From NCBI GenBank assembly GCA_942493095.1, contig OW818675.1, positions 2,490,001 through 2,522,000 of the forward strand: DNA of 32,000 nucleotides. The letters are read 5' to 3'. This document shows, one piece after another, positions 26,156 through 32,000 of this stretch (positions within the stretch are counted from its first letter, which is position 1; each line of letters starts with the position of its first letter). A program made the position numbers and the translations under genes. This stretch comes from Candidatus Electronema halotolerans. Lineage in GTDB: Bacteria; Desulfobacterota; Desulfobulbia; Desulfobulbales; Desulfobulbaceae. The notes under the pieces are model-generated. The model ran no database searches. It was not told where the DNA came from and saw only the letters and a program-made list of their open reading frames with translations.

Positions 26156-27604
26156 TTATTTCAGCTCCTCAGCCAGCAGCTTGTTTGCCAGCTGTGGATT
26201 GGCCTTGCCCTTGGTCTGCTTCATCAGCTGGCCAACAAGAAAACCCATGACCTTGGTCTTGCCTTCACGGTACTGCTGCGCCTGCTCCGGGTTGGCGGCA
26301 ATAACCTCGCGGACAGCGGCGAGCAGCTCTCCCTCGTCGCTCATCTGCACCAGTCCTTTTTCTTTGACGATCCGCTCTGGGTCGGCTCCGCTGGCGAGCA
26401 TCTCGGCAAAGACCGCCTTGGCTATCTTGAGGGAAATTTTACCCTTTTGCACCATCAACAGGAGAGTAGCGAGTTGCTCAGGACTCACTTTGCAGTCACT
26501 AAACTGCTCAGGGCTGTATTCGCGCAGCAGCTCGGTCATGATGAAATTAGCTACCGCCAACGGATGTACAGTGGATAACTGTTTGCAGACATCCTCAAAG
26601 AAGTCAGCTAACTCACGAGATGAAACAAGAACCCTTGCTACTTCTTCGAGCACACATTCATCAGTCTGTGGCTTTCTGAGCATTTCTATGAATCTCAATT
26701 GCCGCTGCTTAGGCAATTCCGGCAGGCTATTGCGCAGCTCATCAATCCACGCCTCGTCAATCAGCACCGGCACCAAGTCCGGGTCTGGGAAGTAGCGGTA
26801 ATCGTGCGCCTCCTCCTTGCCGCGCATCTCCTCAGTGCGGCCTGTGTCCGGGTTCCAGAGCAGGGTGGCCTGTGTCACCCTGCCGCCATCAAGAAGGATG
26901 TCCCGCTGCCGCCGTTCCTCGTATTCCAAGGCAAGCTGAACATTGCGGAACGAGTTCATGTTCTTCAGCTCAGTGCGGGTGCCGAACTCCTTTTGGCCTC
27001 TGGGACGCAGGGAGATGTTGGCATCACAGCGGAAGCTGCCTTCCTGCATGTTGCCATCGCAGATGTCGAGACAGCGGACGATGCCGTGCAGCTGCTTGAG
27101 ATAAGCCGCCGCTTCTTCCGGTGAGCGCAAATCCGGTTCGCTGACGATTTCCAGCAGCGGGGTGCCGGTGCGGTTGAGGTCAACATAGCTTTTCGGCTCG
27201 CGCTCGTCATGAATCAGCTTGCCAGCGTCCTCCTCCATGTGGGCACGGGTAATGCCGATGGTCTTTTTCTCGCCGCTGACCTCGATTTCCAAGCGGCCAT
27301 GCTCGGCAATGGGCCGCTCGAACTGGGAAATCTGATAGCCTTTGGGCAGATCAGGATAAAAGTAGTTCTTGCGGGCAAAGCGGTTCTCCCGGTTGATCTG
27401 CGCGTCAACGGCCAAGGCCAGCTTGATGCCGTTCTCCACCACCTGCCGGTTGAGCACGGGCAGCGAACCCGGCATTCCGAGGCAGACCGGACAGGTATGG
27501 GTGTTGGGCGGCGCGCCGAATTCGGTGGAGCAGCCGCAGAAAATCTTGCTCTTGGTCTTCATCTGGGCATGGACTTCCAGCCCGATCACGGTTTCAAATT
27601 CCAT
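26156..27604 (-). CDS. gatB: Aspartyl/glutamyl-tRNA(Asn/Gln) amidotransferase subunit B
   Basis: [50 protein letters not shown]; [16 protein letters not shown]; C-terminal GatB/YqeY tail. Confidence 0.98.
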   Translation of the reverse strand: MEFETVIGLEVHAQMKTKSKIFCGCSTEFGAPPNTHTCPVCLGMPGSLPVLNRQVVENGIKLALAVDAQINRENRFARKNYFYPDLPKGYQISQFERPIAEHGRLEIEVSGEKKTIGITRAHMEEDAGKLIHDEREPKSYVDLNRTGTPLLEIVSEPDLRSPEEAAAYLKQLHGIVRCLDICDGNMQEGSFRCDANISLRPRGQKEFGTRTELKNMNSFRNVQLALEYEERRQRDILLDGGRVTQATLLWNPDTGRTEEMRGKEEAHDYRYFPDPDLVPVLIDEAWIDELRNSLPELPKQRQLRFIEMLRKPQTDECVLEEVARVLVSSRELADFFEDVCKQLSTVHPLAVANFIMTELLREYSPEQFSDCKVSPEQLATLLLMVQKGKISLKIAKAVFAEMLASGADPERIVKEKGLVQMSDEGELLAAVREVIAANPEQAQQYREGKTKVMGFLVGQLMKQTKGKANPQLANKLLAEELK

Positions 27605-27733
27605 AGCAGTATCCAAATAAAATATCCTTTCTTGTCTTGTTTAATGTTTTGCGTATATACATTTAACATCTTATATAGATAGCGGCACGCACGTCAGACA
27701 TGATCTTCATGTTGCGTGTCACTGCTGTAAAGA

Positions 27734-28345
27734 CTATGGCTCTATGCCAATCAGCACAAGCGGAACTGCCGGAACGCCTCTCCCTTGGCGAACAACATTG
27801 TAAAACTCTCCTTCATAATAGGCGACTCCAGAACTCATCTGGCTTTGCATCGATTTCATTGGAAGTATCTCAATTCCAACATCAATCTGATCGCCGACGT
27901 AAAAGGCAAGATGCTTGACAAACAGGTCATAGGCAACAAAGGCGTACTTGCCGAATTGAATCTCAATGGCGACACGATCTTTGACAAAATCTGTCTGGTT
28001 ATAGCTGTAGATTGGAGTTTCTCCAGCCTTTTCTATTTCCTGCTTCTGTTCCGCCGCCGACATTGCCAGAGTTTTTCGTATCAACCGTTCATTTCTGGTG
28101 ACCCAATAACTCACCCGGCTTTCCTGCCAAGATTTTTCCCGCAGCAGACCGCTGAATGAGGCGTTCATATCAACAGGACTGAATAACAGCCTGCCTTTCA
28201 TCGTTTTCTCTTTGGAAATTTTTGTTCTGCATTGATCAGCATCAACCGCACTTATGACAGCCTGAATCTCTTGCCACAAGGTTGGTTTGTGAACAAGAAG
28301 AAATTCAAGCCCATTGAGATGAGAATATGTTTCGGCAATGTTCAT
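27734..28345 (-). CDS. BglII/BstYI-like type II restriction endonuclease (predicted)
   Basis: D-FVKDRVAI-E-I-Q-FGKYAFVAYDLF fits the D-x8-E-x-Q active-site pattern described for BglII/BstYI; ATGA overlap with an adjacent DNA methyltransferase. Confidence 0.78.
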   Translation of the reverse strand: MNIAETYSHLNGLEFLLVHKPTLWQEIQAVISAVDADQCRTKISKEKTMKGRLLFSPVDMNASFSGLLREKSWQESRVSYWVTRNERLIRKTLAMSAAEQKQEIEKAGETPIYSYNQTDFVKDRVAIEIQFGKYAFVAYDLFVKHLAFYVGDQIDVGIEILPMKSMQSQMSSGVAYYEGEFYNVVRQGRGVPAVPLVLIGIEP

Positions 28346-29307
28346 TGCTGCACTTTTTCAAGATGTTTAAGCAGAGGCATCTGTTCCGCCTCTTTTTTCT
28401 TCCAAGGTGCTGTCGTCAGGCTGTTTCCGGCTTCGACAGGATCATAAACCGGTTTGTCCATAGGCCGGGTTGGCAATGTCCCGGCAATCTCCTGAGCAAT
28501 TCGCTGGCGCGCAATCTCGGCATACTTGGGAACAATTTCCGCCCCGGCACCACGACGGTTATGACGAAGAGCGGCAATGATAGAAGTGCCGGTTCCTAAG
28601 AAAGGATCCAAAACCCAGTCCTCTTCATTACTGAGAGCAAGAACCAAGCGTTCAATCAACGCAACAGGGAACTGACAGGGATGCTCAGTTTTTTCAACGT
28701 GATTGCTCTTCACATTGGGGATCACCCACAGGTCACCAGGATTCTTGCCAAGCGGATTGCAGGAATACTGCCCTGCCTTTGGCCCTTTGAAATGCTTCTT
28801 GCCCGGATATTTCTGCGGCACTCGGACCGGATCAAGATTGAAGACAAAATCATCTGTTTTAGTAAACCAGATAATCGTTTCATAGCGGCCAGAAAATCTG
28901 TGGCTGCAATGCAGGCCATGCTCAAAATGCCAGATAATGCGGTTCCGCATCTTCAGACCGAGCTGGGCAAAGACTGGATAGAGGATTGCATCCAAAGGGA
29001 TGATGGCTCCCTTGTCAACATAATTGCCAACCTGCCAGCAAATGCTTCCTCTGAGCGACAAGGCCCTGACACACTCTGAGATAACTTCGGCCTGCTGCTG
29101 AACATACAGATCAAGATGCAATCTTTTTTCATACTCCTTGCCGATGTTGTAGGGCGGCGAAGTGACAACAAGCTGGAGCGATTCATCCGGCACTGCTTGC
29201 AGTAGATCAAGACAGTTTCCCTGATAGGCAACAATCTGCTCTGAAAGCGCGAATGTGTCGGAAATGGCACACTCTTTCCTGAATAATGATTGGGATGTTG
29301 TCTTCAT
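28342..29307 (-). CDS. DNA methyltransferase (beta-type motif order, likely N4-cytosine)
   Basis: Motif IV TSPPYNIG first, motif I DPFLGTGTS near the C-terminus; ORF may start at GTG 29349. Confidence 0.92.
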   Translation of the reverse strand: MKTTSQSLFRKECAISDTFALSEQIVAYQGNCLDLLQAVPDESLQLVVTSPPYNIGKEYEKRLHLDLYVQQQAEVISECVRALSLRGSICWQVGNYVDKGAIIPLDAILYPVFAQLGLKMRNRIIWHFEHGLHCSHRFSGRYETIIWFTKTDDFVFNLDPVRVPQKYPGKKHFKGPKAGQYSCNPLGKNPGDLWVIPNVKSNHVEKTEHPCQFPVALIERLVLALSNEEDWVLDPFLGTGTSIIAALRHNRRGAGAEIVPKYAEIARQRIAQEIAGTLPTRPMDKPVYDPVEAGNSLTTAPWKKKEAEQMPLLKHLEKVQQ

Positions 29308-29390
29308 CTCTCTGGTCAAGCTGGGATTTATCGGCCAGCACAGACACATTCACAGTGGAAAACTGAAGAAGTTGTTTGGGCCGCCCTGAT

Positions 29391-30791
29391 TCAACCGCCC
29401 GCCATCTCCCCCAGCTTGGCCTGAATCATGGCCACCAAGGCTTCCTCTGTCTCTTCCTGCGCAAGCTGATCATTCTTCTGCAAGGCCCTGAAAAAGCGGT
29501 CGCAGATTTTCTTTTCCTCAGCTGTCCACTCTGAGGCATACCCCTGCTTTTCCGTCTCGCCATCCCGCACGACTGCATGGTCGCGGCGGCCATGCGCCCA
29601 GCTGACAACGTGGCTGTAGTAGAGCAAGGCGCGGTCAAGCAGGATGTACAAGAGCTGAATATTGGTCACTGGCCCGACCTGCATCTGCTGCTTGTCCAAT
29701 TTCATGCCGAGAAGACGGCGGCCTGTGAGCAGGTCCCGGCCTTTGACCGCCGCCCCGACTGCGCCCACTGCCCCGCCGATGGCCATGAACACGCCAAAGG
29801 AAATGCCTGCGGCCAGCACATCCATGCCCGCGCCCACTGCCGCCCCGCTCATTGCCGCCGCCCAGATCAGGTCTTCATCGCTGAGGCCGAGGAACTTCCA
29901 CGTCGTGGCATCAAACAAGTCTTCCTGAAGAATGGACTGCTCCGGCAGTTGCAGATTAAAGAGGTTGTGCTTGAACAGCCTGCGGAGCTGCTGGTGGGCC
30001 GTGCGCTCCCGTTTGGTGACAAAGTCGGTGTAGGTGCTGCGCAGTTTTGCTCTGAGCCGCTCCTCATCTGTGCCGGTTGGACAGGGCGCGCTGGCCCGAT
30101 AGTCCAAGCTGTCCTTGAGCATGGCCGTGATCAGGGCCGCGCTCTGGCGGCGGCGGTTCTCCCAGTCCTGGGCAAAGGCTTGGATGACCCGCTCTATCAG
30201 CTCTTCCAAGTCCTGATCAATCGCCTTGAGGCTGTTGAGCAGGGCGATGCGCTGGCTGTAAGTGGCCTTGTTGGCGTTGAAGAGGCGGATTGAGTTGAAA
30301 TGCTTGCGGAACTCGTTCTGCCAGTCAGCAAGGAAGCGGCTTTCCTCGTCCTTGCAGTTGATGATCGCCATGCGCGGCCTGCCAGTCAGGCGGAGGATTT
30401 CCATCTCCGCCTTGTCCATGTTGCGGAGCGGACGTGAGCCATCGACAACAAAAATGATGCCCGCACCCGCAGCCAAGGGAGTCAGCAGGGCGCAGTCATC
30501 GTGCAGGGCCGGGTCATTGCCGTGAATGCGGAGAAACTCAGTCAGCATCTGCTGATCATTGCCCTGCCAGGCCCGCATCCAGGCCAAGGTCTTGCGGGGA
30601 TTCTGAAAACCGGGCGTGTCAATGAAGCGGATGACCTCGCGTCCGTCGATCAGCACTGGAAAGCGGCGGCATTCGGTGGTCTCGCCCGGCACCGGACTGA
30701 TCCGCACCGAGTCATCCTCGCTCAGGGTGGAAACCACTGAGGACTTGCCCTCGTTCGGGTGGCCGACTATGGCGAATTCAGGAATCATCAT
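29391..30791 (-). CDS. DUF3482-like GTPase
   Basis: FAIVGHPNEGKSSV (G1), IDTPG (G3), INCKDEES (G4-like), C-terminal hydrophobic Gly/Ala-rich segment; ATG ATG overlaps the upstream gene stop. Confidence 0.8.
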   Translation of the reverse strand: MMIPEFAIVGHPNEGKSSVVSTLSEDDSVRISPVPGETTECRRFPVLIDGREVIRFIDTPGFQNPRKTLAWMRAWQGNDQQMLTEFLRIHGNDPALHDDCALLTPLAAGAGIIFVVDGSRPLRNMDKAEMEILRLTGRPRMAIINCKDEESRFLADWQNEFRKHFNSIRLFNANKATYSQRIALLNSLKAIDQDLEELIERVIQAFAQDWENRRRQSAALITAMLKDSLDYRASAPCPTGTDEERLRAKLRSTYTDFVTKRERTAHQQLRRLFKHNLFNLQLPEQSILQEDLFDATTWKFLGLSDEDLIWAAAMSGAAVGAGMDVLAAGISFGVFMAIGGAVGAVGAAVKGRDLLTGRRLLGMKLDKQQMQVGPVTNIQLLYILLDRALLYYSHVVSWAHGRRDHAVVRDGETEKQGYASEWTAEEKKICDRFFRALQKNDQLAQEETEEALVAMIQAKLGEMAGG

Positions 30792-32000
30792 GACACCAGC
30801 GGGATGACTTGCAGGGCCGGATCGCTGATTGTGGCGACTTTCTGCCGCCAGATGCGCAGATGCTCCGGTCGGGCCGGGGTGAGCATCGTCTCTGCTTCCG
30901 GCTTGCCAAGCAGAGCAAGAATGATCAGCGGCTGCGGGCCGAGCGTCTGGCGAAGCAGTCCCAGCCAAGCGAGAAACTCCTGCACTGGCGGCTGCCATGC
31001 TTCTTGGAGGACCAGAACATCTGCGCTGTCCTCTGCCGCCATTGCTGCCTTGAGCGCAGCCAGTTCCTCTTCCTCGCTTTTGTCCAAGGTCCAGAACGGC
31101 AGAGTCCAGCCAAGCTGATGCCCTGTCCGGCGGCGGACCTGCGCGGCCAAGTGCTCCGGCGGGCAGTCGGCAAACAGCTCCTCTGGAATCAGCGCGGCCA
31201 GGGGCTGGGCAGACGTGCTGGCAACAGGTTCTGCCGCGCTCGGCAGCTCTGCCAGCGGAGCTGCTGCCGCTCTGCCCTCTTGGCCACGAGCAGCCGCCGT
31301 AATCAGCGGGGTGCGCATCCGCTGGATGATCTGGCGGAAGCAGCCCTGCTGCAAGTCCAGTCGAGCCAGCTCCTTGCGCTGACTGAAAAGACCGGCGGTC
31401 AGCAGAAGCAGCCGGGGCAGCAGGCCGTAGCAGAGCACGGACAGGCAGAGAAATGGCCACCATGAAACTAAATCGCGGTTGGCCAAGGAGTAGATGCCAT
31501 CCTTGAGAATCAGGCGCGAGCCTTGGATTTGTTCCAAGGACGGCACCCACGCATCCGAGAGCCAAGTCCACGGCAGGCTGATTGTTGTTGCCAAGGCGTG
31601 AACTGCCGCCGCATCAATCTGCAAGGTGCTCTGCCAGCCAAAGGCCAGATCAGAGCCGATCACCTTGAGCAGGGTGGCGGCCAGCACCCCGATATTGAAG
31701 CTGATGCCGAAGAGCTGGGCAAGGAGGAAGAACGGGCGGACAAAGAGCAGGCCGTGCCGCTGCCGCAGATGCTTGAGACTGCCTGCACGGGCGGCCCAGT
31801 GCAGGCGTGTTCCTGCGGACAGCCGTGAGCCTGCCCGCTGCCCGGCAGCCATGCACCGCTCTAACATATAGAAGAAAAGCCGCTCGCTTAGGCGGTAGAG
31901 GAACGAGGATTCAAGCATGCTGCGCCCGCGCTGTTTGCCGCAGAGAACTGAGACGGTCAGGAAAAAAATCAGGGCAAGCTGGAGGAGGACAAAGACGGCA
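30788..32000 (-). CDS. DUF2868-like membrane protein, 5'-truncated by window edge
   Basis: The reading frame stays open from Met 31918 to 32000 (AVFVLLQLALIFFLTVSVLCGKQRGRSM...), so the track start is probably internal; LFGISFNIGVLAATLLKVI and further TM segments; stop overlaps the GTPase start. Confidence 0.75.
   Translation of the reverse strand, partial: AVFVLLQLALIFFLTVSVLCGKQRGRSMLESSFLYRLSERLFFYMLERCMAAGQRAGSRLSAGTRLHWAARAGSLKHLRQRHGLLFVRPFFLLAQLFGISFNIGVLAATLLKVIGSDLAFGWQSTLQIDAAAVHALATTISLPWTWLSDAWVPSLEQIQGSRLILKDGIYSLANRDLVSWWPFLCLSVLCYGLLPRLLLLTAGLFSQRKELARLDLQQGCFRQIIQRMRTPLITAAARGQEGRAAAAPLAELPSAAEPVASTSAQPLAALIPEELFADCPPEHLAAQVRRRTGHQLGWTLPFWTLDKSEEEELAALKAAMAAEDSADVLVLQEAWQPPVQEFLAWLGLLRQTLGPQPLIILALLGKPEAETMLTPARPEHLRIWRQKVATISDPALQVIPLVS

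Noticed and set aside
30792-31571. 260-residue N-terminal extension of the GTPase ORF
   Set aside because: Overlaps the DUF2868-like coding region in another frame; the GTPase begins MMIPEFAIVGHPNEGKSS.

Overview
This window is a bacterial chromosomal segment with normal core genes on both sides of an insertion-sequence (IS) island. Left side: tRNA-Gly(GCC), rplM, rpsI with a strong terminator, an EndA-type endonuclease, a secreted L,D-transpeptidase-like protein, a NamZ/DUF1343 exo-muramidase next to a GH84-like beta-N-acetylglucosaminidase, a propeller-like secreted protein, and an SGNH hydrolase with a CFI-box C-terminus. Middle (about 7.78-21.92 kb): a nested IS island. It holds an intact IS4 element with a 10-bp TSD, an IS1/IS1595-like element split by a frameshifted IS481 element with a 6-bp TSD, IS5 and IS1/IS1595-like remnants, a second IS4 element, and two near-identical IS66 copies. 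One IS66 copy carries a 160-bp terminal tandem duplication and an 8-bp TSD; the other has no TSD. An IS30/IS481 remnant junction and several short dispersed repeats are also present. Two cargo or host genes lie between the IS elements: a vWA-domain secreted protein and a DHH-CBS-CCA nucleotidyltransferase fusion. Right side: a MORN-repeat protein with about 21 repeats, an EF-G-like protein whose G3 motif is DTPGD, gatB, a BglII/BstYI-like restriction-modification pair, and a DUF3482-like GTPase / DUF2868-like membrane protein pair running off the right edge. I found no convincing wholly new system. The best leads are the IS66 terminal duplication and nested IS history, the dispersed repeat family, the BglII-like R-M pair, and the predicted cell-wall salvage cluster. 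Family names come from motif recognition without database searches.
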